The notes beneath the pieces are model-generated. The model worked only from the letters and a program-made list of their open reading frames with translations, ran no database searches and was not told the origin of the DNA. The translations under genes were made by a program, and so were the position numbers. Shown one piece after another: positions 8,231-16,936 of a DNA stretch of 64,000 nucleotides (position 1 is the stretch's first letter; each line of letters starts with the position of its first letter). This DNA is from Deltaproteobacteria bacterium (lineage in GTDB: Bacteria > Desulfobacterota > Dissulfuribacteria > Dissulfuribacterales > UBA3076), in the NCBI GenBank assembly GCA_018399745.1, contig JAGYNZ010000005.1:23765-87764 (forward strand), in the 5' to 3' direction.

Positions 8231-10306
8231 ATGGACGTCAGCCACATAAGAAATTTTGCTCTTGTCGCCCAAAGTGGCAGCGGCAAGACCTCTTTGGCAG
8301 AGGCCATGCTTTTTACCGCCAAGGCGATTTCACGCATGGGCAAAGTCGATGAGGGATCTTCAGTGTTGGACTTTGAGCCTGAAGAGGTCAAACGCAACAT
8401 GTCAGTCAGCACGGCGTTTCATCACCTGAACTGGAAAAAGGCCGAAGTTTACCTTATAGATACCCCTGGGGATGACAACTTCCTCGCTGAGGCCAAGATG
8501 GCCATCAGGGCGGCAGACAATGTATTGTTCGTAGTAGATGCTGTAAGTCCGGTAAAACCGCAGACACAGAAGGTATGGTCCATTATCAAAGATTCAGGCC
8601 GTCCTGTCATTATGTGTGTCAATAAAATGGACAAGGAAAGGGCAGATTTCCAAAAGGCCGTGGATGCTATCAAGGAGGCCCTGGGCATGAGACTGGTCCC
8701 GGTTTTTCTGCCGCTTGGGGAACAGGAGGATTTCAGGGGTATTGTAGATCTTATACAGATGAAGGCCTTTGAGTTTGGCAATGATGGAAGCGGCAATGCC
8801 AACCCTGTTGATATTCCGGCTGCTCTGCAGGACGAAGTTGAAAATTCAAGGGGCAATTTGATCGAGTTTGCCGCAGAATCCGACGATGTGCTGCTGGAAA
8901 AATTTTTGGAAGGCCAGGAGCTCACTCCTCAGGAGATCGTTGCCGGTCTGAAACAGGGAATAACCAGCGGAGGGTTTATACCCGTGTGCTGCTGTTCAGC
9001 ATTAAAAAACATGGCCAGCAACACCTTGCTCGACTTAATTGTAGAATTTCTGCCATCGCCTGATGAGCTTGGAAGCGTTTACGGCACTGATCCCAAAAGC
9101 GGAGATGAAACATCGCGCGATCCATCTCCTGAGGCCCCGGTATCAGGCCTTGTCTTTAAGACCCTCACAGATCCCTATACAGGGCGTCTTTCCATTATCA
9201 GGGTCTGCTCCGGCACGCTGAAACCTGACGGCTCACTCTATAATCCCAACAGGGAAAAGACTGAGCGTTACGGGCAGATATTTGTACTTGAAGGTAAGAC
9301 ACAAAGACCTTTAAAAGAGGCCGGACCCGGTGAGATAGTAGCAATAGCAAAGCTCAAGGAGACAGGCACCGGCGACACCCTCTGTGATTCATCGAATACG
9401 ATAATTTATCCTTTTGCAGCTCTTTCCCCTCCGGTCCTGACCTACGCCCTCAAGCCCAGAAGCCGGGGGGATGAGGAGAAGATAACCCAGTCTCTCGCAC
9501 GACTCCAGGAGGAGGATCCCACAATTTATGTGGACCGGGATCCGCAGACAAAGGAACTCCTGCTTTCAGGAAACGGGCAGATTCATATAGATGCCACTGT
9601 GGAAAAGATGGCGAGGAAGTTCGGCGTACAGGTGGATCTTGCCCTTCCACGCATCCCCTATCATGAGACCATAAAGACATCAAAGAAAGCCGTTATTTAT
9701 CGACACAAAAAACAGTCCGGTGGAGCAGGACAGTTCGCAGAGGTCCACTTTGATATTTCGCCGCTCCCAAGGGGTAAGGGCTTTGAGTTTGAAGAGGCAC
9801 TTGTGGGAATGAATGTCCCGCGGAATTTCGTTCCGGGAGTGGAAAAGGGGCTGAAGGAAGCCGTAGGGACCGGACCACTTGCCGGATACCCGGTTGTTGA
9901 TGTAAAGGTGCGCTTCTATGACGGTAAATCCCATGAGGTGGATTCTTCTGAAATTGCCTTTAAGATAGCATCCATAAATTGCTTCAAGAAGGGTGTACTG
10001 GAGGCCAGGCCTACACTGCTCGAACCCATTGTGAAACTTACCATAAACGTGCCGGATGACGCTGTTGGAGATATAATCGGTGACATAAACAGCAGAAGGG
10101 GCAAGGTCATGGGCATGGAGCCAGGCCAGGATGGACAGGCTATTATAGCGGTTGTGCCCCTGGCAGAGGTGCAGCGCTATATGCTGGATCTTAATGCCAT
10201 GACCGCCGGCCGTGGGACATTTACCGTGGAGCAATCTCATTACGAAGAGGTGCCGCCGAATCTGACTGATAAGATTATCAGCCAGGCCAGGGAAGAAAGG
10301 GTATAG
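8231..10306 (+). CDS. fusA: Elongation factor G-like protein (EF-G2 / EF-G II paralogue)
   Basis: IRNFAL, AQSGSGKT, DTPG, NKMD, HKKQSGGAGQF, DGKSHEVDSSEIAFKIA and LLEPI. Switch motifs are divergent (RNMSV, DTPGDDNF) and the gene is outside the str operon. Confidence 0.88.
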   Translation: MDVSHIRNFALVAQSGSGKTSLAEAMLFTAKAISRMGKVDEGSSVLDFEPEEVKRNMSVSTAFHHLNWKKAEVYLIDTPGDDNFLAEAKMAIRAADNVLFVVDAVSPVKPQTQKVWSIIKDSGRPVIMCVNKMDKERADFQKAVDAIKEALGMRLVPVFLPLGEQEDFRGIVDLIQMKAFEFGNDGSGNANPVDIPAALQDEVENSRGNLIEFAAESDDVLLEKFLEGQELTPQEIVAGLKQGITSGGFIPVCCCSALKNMASNTLLDLIVEFLPSPDELGSVYGTDPKSGDETSRDPSPEAPVSGLVFKTLTDPYTGRLSIIRVCSGTLKPDGSLYNPNREKTERYGQIFVLEGKTQRPLKEAGPGEIVAIAKLKETGTGDTLCDSSNTIIYPFAALSPPVLTYALKPRSRGDEEKITQSLARLQEEDPTIYVDRDPQTKELLLSGNGQIHIDATVEKMARKFGVQVDLALPRIPYHETIKTSKKAVIYRHKKQSGGAGQFAEVHFDISPLPRGKGFEFEEALVGMNVPRNFVPGVEKGLKEAVGTGPLAGYPVVDVKVRFYDGKSHEVDSSEIAFKIASINCFKKGVLEARPTLLEPIVKLTINVPDDAVGDIIGDINSRRGKVMGMEPGQDGQAIIAVVPLAEVQRYMLDLNAMTAGRGTFTVEQSHYEEVPPNLTDKIISQAREERV

Positions 10307-10317
10307 AAGGACAGCCA

Positions 10318-10818
10318 GTGTATACTGCCGGTGTCCTGACTGTCAGTGACAGTGTTTCCAGGGGGGCAGCGAGTGACGAATCCGGTCCTGTAATCCGCCG
10401 AATGCTCGGACGGCACGGTTACAATGTGTTCTTATACAAAACCGTCCCTGACGAAGTACAGGATATCAGAGGCATATTGATCAAGTGGACAGATATAAAT
10501 CATTTAGACATCATAGTTACAACGGGTGGTACCGGCTTATCTCCTCGGGACATTACACCTGAAGCCACGAAGTCCATAATAGAACGGACGATTCCAGGGA
10601 TTGCGGAGACCATCCGCATCAAGGGCCTTGATTCAACGCCAAGGGCCATGCTCTCAAGGGGGATTGCCGGGGTGCGGGACAAAACACTTATTATCAACCT
10701 GCCCGGCAGCCCATCGGCTGTGACCCATGGAATGGAAGTAATACTTCCGGTACTTGAGCACGCCCTGGATAAAATCAGGGGAGATACTACTCCCTGCCGG
10801 CAGGACGGCTTGAAATGA
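10318..10818 (+). CDS. mog: Molybdopterin adenylyltransferase (Mog/MoaB family)
   Basis: LTVSDS, DESGP, VPDE, TTGGTGLSPRDITPEAT, AMLSRG and IINLPGSP. Confidence 0.9.
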   Translation: MYTAGVLTVSDSVSRGAASDESGPVIRRMLGRHGYNVFLYKTVPDEVQDIRGILIKWTDINHLDIIVTTGGTGLSPRDITPEATKSIIERTIPGIAETIRIKGLDSTPRAMLSRGIAGVRDKTLIINLPGSPSAVTHGMEVILPVLEHALDKIRGDTTPCRQDGLK

Positions 10819-11121
10819 GAAACCTGAAATTGGAAATTAGAAATTGGGGAGAGATGAAACGAGCTCACGAGTTGGATATTTAAAAAACTGGCAGAAGAGT
10901 TATCAGATAATATGATCATCCGACAGCTGACGGCTTGAAGCTTGAAATTGGAAATTAGAAATTGGGGAGAGATGAAACGAGTTTATGAATTGGATGTCTA
11001 CAAACTGGCAGAAGAGTTATCAGATTTGGTTTGGCAAAATTTTGATAAGTGGAACAAAAAAGTTCAGAACACTTTAACAGTAAAAAAGCGTGAAGGCCAA
11101 ATTTCCAATTTCCAGTTTTGA
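10812..11121 (+). pseudogene. Two tandem decayed four-helix-bundle (TIGR02436/IVS-protein-like) gene fragments flanked by inverted heptamer arrays
   Basis: Copy 1: ATG 10854 MKRAHELDI*. Copy 2: ATG 10972 MKRVYELDVYKLAEELSDLVWQNFDKWNKKVQNT, then a deletion to ...NSKKA* in another frame. Left arms are (GAAATTR)n; the right arm is CCAAATTTCCAATTTCCAGTTT (11097-11118). Near-identical to 56296-56589. Confidence 0.75.
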
Positions 11122-11133
11122 AAGATATAGCCC

Positions 11134-12183
11134 ATGAAGTTAGGAATAGTCGGAATATCGGGTTCCGGTAAGACAACTATATTTAACGCCCTTACAGGAA
11201 GCGTTGCGGAGGTCTCTGCCTATCAGAAGGGCAAAAGAGAATCAAATCTGGCGGTAGTCAAAGTACCTGACAGCCGTCTGGATAGACTCTCGTCCATATA
11301 TAATCCTCAAAAGACCATTCATGCCCAGGTACAGTATGTGGATATAGGTGAGACCGTTTCTCCTGCGGAAGGCAGGGAATCTTCCATAGATGAACTCCTT
11401 AAACTCCTTCATCCTGTCGATGCCCTGGTTCATGTGGTCCGAAACTTTGACAGGTCCGGTGAGCCCCCCAGGCCACAGAGGGATCTGGAGGCCATGGAAT
11501 CAGAGCTTATTCTCACTGATCTCATCATTTTGGAAAAAAAGGTTGAGAGGCTGGAAAAAGAGATTACCAAGGCGAAGAAAGGGAATCCAGAGGAACTGGA
11601 ACTCCTTGAAAAGGCCAAGGGTATACTGGAAGGGGGAGATGCCTTAAGGAGATATTCAGAGATAGCCCAGTCCCCGATGATTAAGGGGTATGCCTTTCTT
11701 TCGGCAAAACCATGCATTGTAGTCCTTAACACGGAAGATGATGTAGGGCTTGGTGTTACAGACCTGCGAACTCCCAATGACACTGTCTTTGTAGAGCTTA
11801 AGGGGAGGCTTGAGATGGAATTGGCCCAGCTTTCACCGGAAGAAGCGGAACTCTTCAGGGAAGACATGGGCCTTGAAGAACCCGCCACTTTCCGTTTGAT
11901 CAAAGAATCCCATCAGCTCCTTGGCCTTATTTCCTTCTTTACCGTGGGAAAAGATGAAGTCCGCGCCTGGCCGATCCGGAAGGACACTCCTGCCCAGCAA
12001 GCCGCCGGGGCCATCCATTCCGACCTGGAAAAGGGTTTTATAAGGGCAGAGGTCGTATCCTACGATGATCTCATGGCATATGGTAGCCATTCCGCAGCCC
12101 AGAAGGCGGGAAGGGTGAGGCTTGAAGGCAAAAATTACCTTGTACAGGATGGAGATATTTTAAATATACGTTTTAATGTATAG
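11134..12183 (+). CDS. ychF: YchF-family ATPase (divergent G-domain, C-terminal TGS/DUF933)
   Basis: GIVGISGSGKTTIFNALT, VKVPDSRL, HVVRNF, ISFFTVGKDEVRAW, AAGAIHSDLEKGFIRAEV and RLEGKNYLVQDGDI. Confidence 0.85.
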   Translation: MKLGIVGISGSGKTTIFNALTGSVAEVSAYQKGKRESNLAVVKVPDSRLDRLSSIYNPQKTIHAQVQYVDIGETVSPAEGRESSIDELLKLLHPVDALVHVVRNFDRSGEPPRPQRDLEAMESELILTDLIILEKKVERLEKEITKAKKGNPEELELLEKAKGILEGGDALRRYSEIAQSPMIKGYAFLSAKPCIVVLNTEDDVGLGVTDLRTPNDTVFVELKGRLEMELAQLSPEEAELFREDMGLEEPATFRLIKESHQLLGLISFFTVGKDEVRAWPIRKDTPAQQAAGAIHSDLEKGFIRAEVVSYDDLMAYGSHSAAQKAGRVRLEGKNYLVQDGDILNIRFNV

Positions 12184-12219
12184 TTTAAAAACCGGCTTTC
12201 ATATAGCGTGAGCATTCAA

Positions 12220-12717
12220 CTATTTTCCCTTGTCCTGTTTCGTGGTGACTACCAAATTTATCTGGAGCGCCTTTTCCGAAGTGATGACGCTGATGCTGGC
12301 TGTGCGGTCATTTTTCCTGTATACCAGCATTGACTGGGGACCCATAATCATGGAGGTCTCTTCGACCCATCCCTTGGTATTCATCTTTTGCCTGTAAGTA
12401 TCCAGGATCTTGGACTGGTCGTCGCTGCTGGTAAGGGTAAGGGAATAGCCTTCCGGCACCTTCATGGCCATTAAGACCTCAGATGGACGGTAGATAAATA
12501 CATCGTCAGGGAAATCTGAGGGGATCTCGGTTTCTTCTCCTGCGGTGATAGTGTATTTGCCGTTTTCAGTCTCTCCGGTGATCTTCATCTTCTTATTTGA
12601 AAGATCCACATCGGTCTTTGTCCCGGTTGCCTTTTCAATTTTCTCTTCCTCAGCCCTTTCTCCGCACCCGGTTAAAAAGACAATGGAAAGAAATAAACAA
12701 AAAACGAATCTGGTCAT
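12220..12717 (-). CDS. Hypothetical lipoprotein
   Basis: ATG at 12717 preceded by GAGGAGGG; signal peptide MTRFVFCLFLSIVFLTG-C (lipobox); IPSDFPDDVFIY motif. Confidence 0.7.
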   Translation of the reverse strand: MTRFVFCLFLSIVFLTGCGERAEEEKIEKATGTKTDVDLSNKKMKITGETENGKYTITAGEETEIPSDFPDDVFIYRPSEVLMAMKVPEGYSLTLTSSDDQSKILDTYRQKMNTKGWVEETSMIMGPQSMLVYRKNDRTASISVITSEKALQINLVVTTKQDKGK

Positions 12718-12854
12718 TTTACCCTCCTCGCACGGGGTCAATTTATAAATAATGAGTGATTGACTAGTTCAGGGTTTTTCTCGAAACATTGTTATAATAT
12801 TTCATAGAGATTTTTATGTCTATGATTAAATCAGAATTTATTGTTCAAAAAAGA

Positions 12855-12917
12855 TTGACAAAAGAATTTTAGAATGTTAGTTAGCTTAACTTAATTTTAT
12901 TAGATACTACTAATAAA
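12855..12917 (+). promoter_or_regulatory. Sigma70 promoter of dtxR-feo locus with overlapping DtxR/IdeR-type operators
   Basis: TTGACA 12855-12860 with TGt-TAGTTA 17 nt later. GTTAGCTTAAC (12880-12890) resembles the DtxR core GTTAGCCTAAC. Perfect inverted repeat TTTATTAG-N6-CTAATAAA at 12896-12917. Confidence 0.65.
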
Positions 12918-12924
12918 TATCCTC

Positions 12925-13494
12925 ATGAAAAATAAGAAAACAGGAAATACCGTGCCCAGACCATTGACACAGGCAATGGAAGATTATCTGGAGGCTATTT
13001 TTAATCTAGATCAGGAAAAACGTGTCGTTCGAGTAAAAAATATCGCCAAAAGGCTGGGGGTAAGAATGCCAACTGTTACCAATATGCTCAAGACCCTCAG
13101 CAAGAGGGAACTGATTAATTACGAAAAATATGAATATTTAGAGCTGACAGATGATGGAAGGGATATCGGGAAAGAAATATATCGAAGGCATTGTGTCTTG
13201 CGCAGTTTTTTGACGGATATTTTAAATATTGATTCTGTAACAGCGGACGAAGAGGCCTGTAAGATGGAGCATGCGATCAGTTCTTCAACACTGGACAGGT
13301 TCATAGCATTTATGGAGTTTGTTCAATCGTGTCCTCGAGTTGGTACAAACTGGCTTGATCATTTTGATGAGTATGGAAAAAAAGATAAAAATAGAGCAAA
13401 ATGCCTGGAGCATATGAAAGAATTTGTAGATGACTTTAAAGAAAAAATAGAAGCTATGGAAAAAAGGAGGGGAGACCACAATGGTCCTCAGTAA
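12925..13494 (+). CDS. DtxR/IdeR-family metal-dependent transcriptional repressor
   Basis: AMEDYLEAI, wHTH (VRVKNIAKRLGVRMPTVTNMLKTL), RHCVL..FL and EEACKMEH. The Met/Cys ligands are of the iron-sensing DtxR type. Confidence 0.9.
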   Translation: MKNKKTGNTVPRPLTQAMEDYLEAIFNLDQEKRVVRVKNIAKRLGVRMPTVTNMLKTLSKRELINYEKYEYLELTDDGRDIGKEIYRRHCVLRSFLTDILNIDSVTADEEACKMEHAISSSTLDRFIAFMEFVQSCPRVGTNWLDHFDEYGKKDKNRAKCLEHMKEFVDDFKEKIEAMEKRRGDHNGPQ

Positions 13495-13696
13495 TGCTGA
13501 TACAGAAAGAGAAGTAACACTTATAGATATAAGCGGAGGTGCGGGAATAAGATCAAAACTCTATAGCATGGGGCTTGTGCCGGGAACAAGTCTGAGGGTT
13601 TTAAACCGGAACGGACGTGGTCCGGTTATTATAGCTTTAAGAGATTCCAGAGTAGTTATCGGTTATGGTATGGCCAGTAAAATAATTGTGGGATAA
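13481..13696 (+). CDS. feoA: Ferrous iron transport protein A
   Basis: KLYSMGLVPGTSLRV..GPVII...SRVVIGYGMASKIIV FeoA SH3-like pattern; RBS GGAGG. Confidence 0.85.
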   Translation: MVLSNADTEREVTLIDISGGAGIRSKLYSMGLVPGTSLRVLNRNGRGPVIIALRDSRVVIGYGMASKIIVG

Positions 13697-13711
13697 TTTT
13701 TTTTACCATAA

Positions 13712-13731
13712 TAGTTAGAGATGTCTAATTA
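13712..13731. promoter_or_regulatory. Second DtxR-type operator
   Basis: TAGTTAG-AGATGT-CTAATTA has the same TTAG-N6-CTAA core as 12896-12917 and lies 20 nt upstream of ORF 13752. Confidence 0.6.
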
Positions 13732-13751
13732 AAATATGACCTTCTAATAAT

Positions 13752-14045
13752 ATGGAAACGGATATTAAAAAAGATCTTGTCGCTGTCATTCATAGAAGTG
13801 CAGAAGAGCTTCATCAGAAAATAGACATGCAGTGTGATCTTGTAACCACTTTATTGGAGAAAAGAGCGGGTGATGAGACCATAAAACGACTGGCTTTGCC
13901 TGCTTATTTTCCTAATGAAAACAAATTAAAACAGGCCATCATGGAGGCCATAGATGTTCTGGAAGAGAGCAGAAAGGCATTTAAATCCAGGAAATTGGAG
14001 TTGTTACGCAAAAAACTTACTCAAGTATTAATAGAAGCAAAATAA
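13752..14045 (+). CDS. Hypothetical helical protein in feo locus
   Basis: 97-aa ORF, co-oriented, preceded by an operator box; basic C-terminal helix ESRKAFKSRKLELLRKKL. Confidence 0.65.
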   Translation: METDIKKDLVAVIHRSAEELHQKIDMQCDLVTTLLEKRAGDETIKRLALPAYFPNENKLKQAIMEAIDVLEESRKAFKSRKLELLRKKLTQVLIEAK

Positions 14046-14074
14046 ATTAAAATATTAAAATAATAGATTTGGTA

Positions 14075-14171
14075 TGTCTTGCGGTCTCCGGCCTTTTTAA
14101 AAAGGCGCGGATGTAAAGTGAAGGCGTAACTCAAAGCCTTATTGAAGGCGGAGGTTACGCCTTTTTTATTT
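14075..14171 (+). promoter_or_regulatory. Candidate cis-regulatory RNA (antiterminator/terminator switch), copy A, upstream of feoA-feoB
   Basis: TGTCTTGCGG, then a hairpin (TCCGGCC/GGCGCGGA), then AAGTGAAGGCGTAAC...GTTACGCCTTTTTT. Conserved with covariation at 18241-18323. Confidence 0.65.
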
Positions 14172-14191
14172 ATCGTAGAGAGAATCAAAAA

Positions 14192-14416
14192 ATGACATTG
14201 GATGAAGTTACACCAGACCAGGAATGCGAAGTTATTGATGTTATTACTGAAGATGTTATAGGGCAACGGCTTTTGGATATGGGATTTATTCCGGGGGTCC
14301 GAGTAAGAGCTGTACGGAATGCACCCCTTGTAGATCCGGTTGAGTTTTTGTTGAAGGGATACCATATCAGCCTGCGACATTCCGAGGCCAAAAAAATAGA
14401 AGTAAAACTATTATGA
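14192..14416 (+). CDS. feoA: Ferrous iron transport protein A
   Basis: QRLLDMGFIPG, RNAPLVDPVE and ISLRHSEAKKIEV; overlaps the feoB start (ATGA). Confidence 0.92.
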   Translation: MTLDEVTPDQECEVIDVITEDVIGQRLLDMGFIPGVRVRAVRNAPLVDPVEFLLKGYHISLRHSEAKKIEVKLL

Positions 14417-16920
14417 GTAGTAAACCTGACAAAATCGTTGTGGCCTTAGTTGGACAGCCCAATTCAGGAAAATCCACAATCTTCAATATGCTCACCGGGG
14501 CCAGGCAGCATATAGCCAACTATCCGGGTGTGACAGTGGAAAAAAAGAGCGGCTTCTTCCATCAGGATGGGATTTGTATAGAACCGGTCGACCTTCCAGG
14601 AACCTACAGCCTTACTTCTTATACTGAGGAAGAACGGATTGCCAGAGACTTTCTGCTTACAGAAAGTCCCTCTGTTGTAGTTGATGTAATGGACGCCTCT
14701 AATTTGGAGAGAAGCCTGTATCTATTATTTCAAGTGGCAGAGATGGGTATCCCTATTGTTGTAAATCTCAACATGATGGATGTAGCAGAAAAGCGTGGAT
14801 ACAAGATCAATACGGAAAGACTGAGTCATCAGTTAGGAGTTTCTGTGATTTCGACGGTGGGAAACAAGGGCAGAGGTAAAGATAAATTAAAACAGGCGAT
14901 TTTGGAAAGCTCTAAAAAAGTAGACGCTGTCCCATTTCATATCAGCTACGGCGATGCCCTGGAGCCGATCCTGAATTCCCTTGAAAAAAGGCTTTCAGAA
15001 GATTCCGGCCTTTCACAGAGATATCCATTGCGGTGGCTTGCTGTAAAGTTGATGGAAAACGATGAAGAGGCACAAAGAGCTGTCAGGAGATACTCGAATG
15101 AAAATGATCAGATTTTGGCATTTGTGGAAGAAAAGACTGCAGACTTTATTCAAAAACATAAAAAATCACCAAAAAAGGTGATTGCCGTATCACGGCATTC
15201 CAATGCCCAGAAAATTATTGAAACAAGCCTATTACGCGAGAAAGAATTTACCAGAACACTTACGGATAAGATTGACAGTGCGGTATGCAACCGCTTTTCA
15301 GGTCCTGTTATATTAGCCGCCACCATTTATACAATGTATAATCTGGCCATAGTACAGGGGTATAAAATAACCACCTATACCTGGCCCTTGCTTGCATGGT
15401 CGCGGGATATCGTTGCCCTGCTTCTTCCTCCTGAAGGATTTGTCTTTGATCCTTTTATCCGCTCCATATCTCTGTGGGTCGTGGACGGGACTATTGCCGT
15501 TCTCAATTATATCCCCATCTTTCTTATCCTGTTTGCACTTATCGCTATCCTGGAAGATACCGGTTACATGGCCAGGATGGCCTTTATTCTGGACAGAATA
15601 TTCAGACACTTTGGTCTCCACGGACAGTCTGTTCTCCCCATGATTATAGGAGGACTTTATGTGGGCGGCTGTGCCGTCCCAGGAGTTATGGCATGCAGGG
15701 CCATGAAAGATGAGAAGGCCAAAATGGCGACCATCATGATCATGCCATTAATGAATTGTCTGGCCAAAATTCCTTTTTATGTACTCATGATAGGCATTTT
15801 TTTCGCTGCATATAGAGGAATTGCCATGTTTTTTATAGCCACTATCACCCTTATTATAGCTCTCTCCATAGCCAAAATCCTGAATCTTACAGTGCTGAAA
15901 AAGAAATTGAGCGCACCATTTGTCATGGAGATGCCTCCCTATCATATGCCCACTGTTCGGGGTGTGCTGTCTCGTTGTCTGGAGAGGACATGGCTGTTTG
16001 TCAAAAAGATCATTACTATCGTTATTGCAGTTTCTGCTGTTGTGTATGCCCTTCTTTATCTCCCAGGCCTGAGTGAGGAAAGGAAAATTCAATTCATTAC
16101 TCAGGGTAATCAGGCACAACAGAATTTCTTTAACAAAATTGGGAGAGATAACCCTTATGCCGGTCTTATAACCGGTGATAACTTAAACAAATTCAGCGCT
16201 TATTGGAATGATTACAGAAAGGCAAAGATGGGGGCTGGTAGCCAGGAAGCAATGGAGGCTATTGACCAGAAATTCAGGACAAAAGATCCTGAATTTTTCA
16301 AAATCGTAAAAAGAGGAAAATATGAAACAAAAGGCAGACTTATAAGAGATAAACAGGCAAAAGATGTATATAACGCTTACAAAGAGCTGGATAAGACAAG
16401 GAACAGGCTTCGAAGGGAACAAAATGAGGAGATTATTATCGCCAGCTTCATGGGGCGCACCGGAAGATTTATAGAGCCGTTAACCCAGTGGGCCGGCTTT
16501 AACTGGAGGATAAATATTGCCCTGATAAGCGCGTTTGCTGCAAAGGAAAACAGTGTCGCCACCCTGGGAGGAATTTACCAGTCATCTTCGGGGGAACAAA
16601 AAACCCTTGAAGAAAGGATAAAGGAAAAAGAAGGAGGTTGGACTCCTCTTCATGCGCTGGCCATAATGCTCTTTATGGCCATGTATCCTCCTTGTATCCC
16701 CACCCTGATGATGATTCATCTGGAAACTGCAAGCACGAAATGGATGTTGTTTGCCACCTTTTATCCCATAGTTTTGGGCATAATTATATCTATTCTTGTA
16801 TTCACCGGAGGAAACTTACTGGGCTTATCAGGATTTCAGGCCATGATCGCCTTTTATATCCTGGCCTTAATTCTTCTTATATCAATGGGTCTTATCAGGA
16901 GAGAAACGGAATTTACATAA
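14413..16920 (+). CDS. feoB: Ferrous iron transport protein B (with large soluble insertion in the membrane domain)
   Basis: GQPNSGKS, NYPGVTVE, DLPGTYSL, NMMD, LEDTGYMARMAF, PFVMEMPPY, FAAKE and YPPCIPT. Confidence 0.95.
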   Translation: MSSKPDKIVVALVGQPNSGKSTIFNMLTGARQHIANYPGVTVEKKSGFFHQDGICIEPVDLPGTYSLTSYTEEERIARDFLLTESPSVVVDVMDASNLERSLYLLFQVAEMGIPIVVNLNMMDVAEKRGYKINTERLSHQLGVSVISTVGNKGRGKDKLKQAILESSKKVDAVPFHISYGDALEPILNSLEKRLSEDSGLSQRYPLRWLAVKLMENDEEAQRAVRRYSNENDQILAFVEEKTADFIQKHKKSPKKVIAVSRHSNAQKIIETSLLREKEFTRTLTDKIDSAVCNRFSGPVILAATIYTMYNLAIVQGYKITTYTWPLLAWSRDIVALLLPPEGFVFDPFIRSISLWVVDGTIAVLNYIPIFLILFALIAILEDTGYMARMAFILDRIFRHFGLHGQSVLPMIIGGLYVGGCAVPGVMACRAMKDEKAKMATIMIMPLMNCLAKIPFYVLMIGIFFAAYRGIAMFFIATITLIIALSIAKILNLTVLKKKLSAPFVMEMPPYHMPTVRGVLSRCLERTWLFVKKIITIVIAVSAVVYALLYLPGLSEERKIQFITQGNQAQQNFFNKIGRDNPYAGLITGDNLNKFSAYWNDYRKAKMGAGSQEAMEAIDQKFRTKDPEFFKIVKRGKYETKGRLIRDKQAKDVYNAYKELDKTRNRLRREQNEEIIIASFMGRTGRFIEPLTQWAGFNWRINIALISAFAAKENSVATLGGIYQSSSGEQKTLEERIKEKEGGWTPLHALAIMLFMAMYPPCIPTLMMIHLETASTKWMLFATFYPIVLGIIISILVFTGGNLLGLSGFQAMIAFYILALILLISMGLIRRETEFT

Positions 16921-16936
16921 AAAAGGAGGTGACATA

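Noticed and set aside
10812..11121. CRISPR array or diversity-generating retroelement (Avd-like protein)
   Set aside because: The repeats are 7-mers without spacers; no cas gene, reverse transcriptase or TR/VR pair is in the window.
14074..14100. Leader peptide MSCGLRPF as the attenuation sensor
   Set aside because: No SD, and the matching frame in copy B has a different length and sequence with no Cys.
14121..14163. c-di-GMP-I riboswitch (CAAAGCC ... GGCGGAGGTTAC resemblance)
   Set aside because: Lacks the GGCAAACC-GAAA-GGGACGC P1/tetraloop core, and copy B does not keep these bases.
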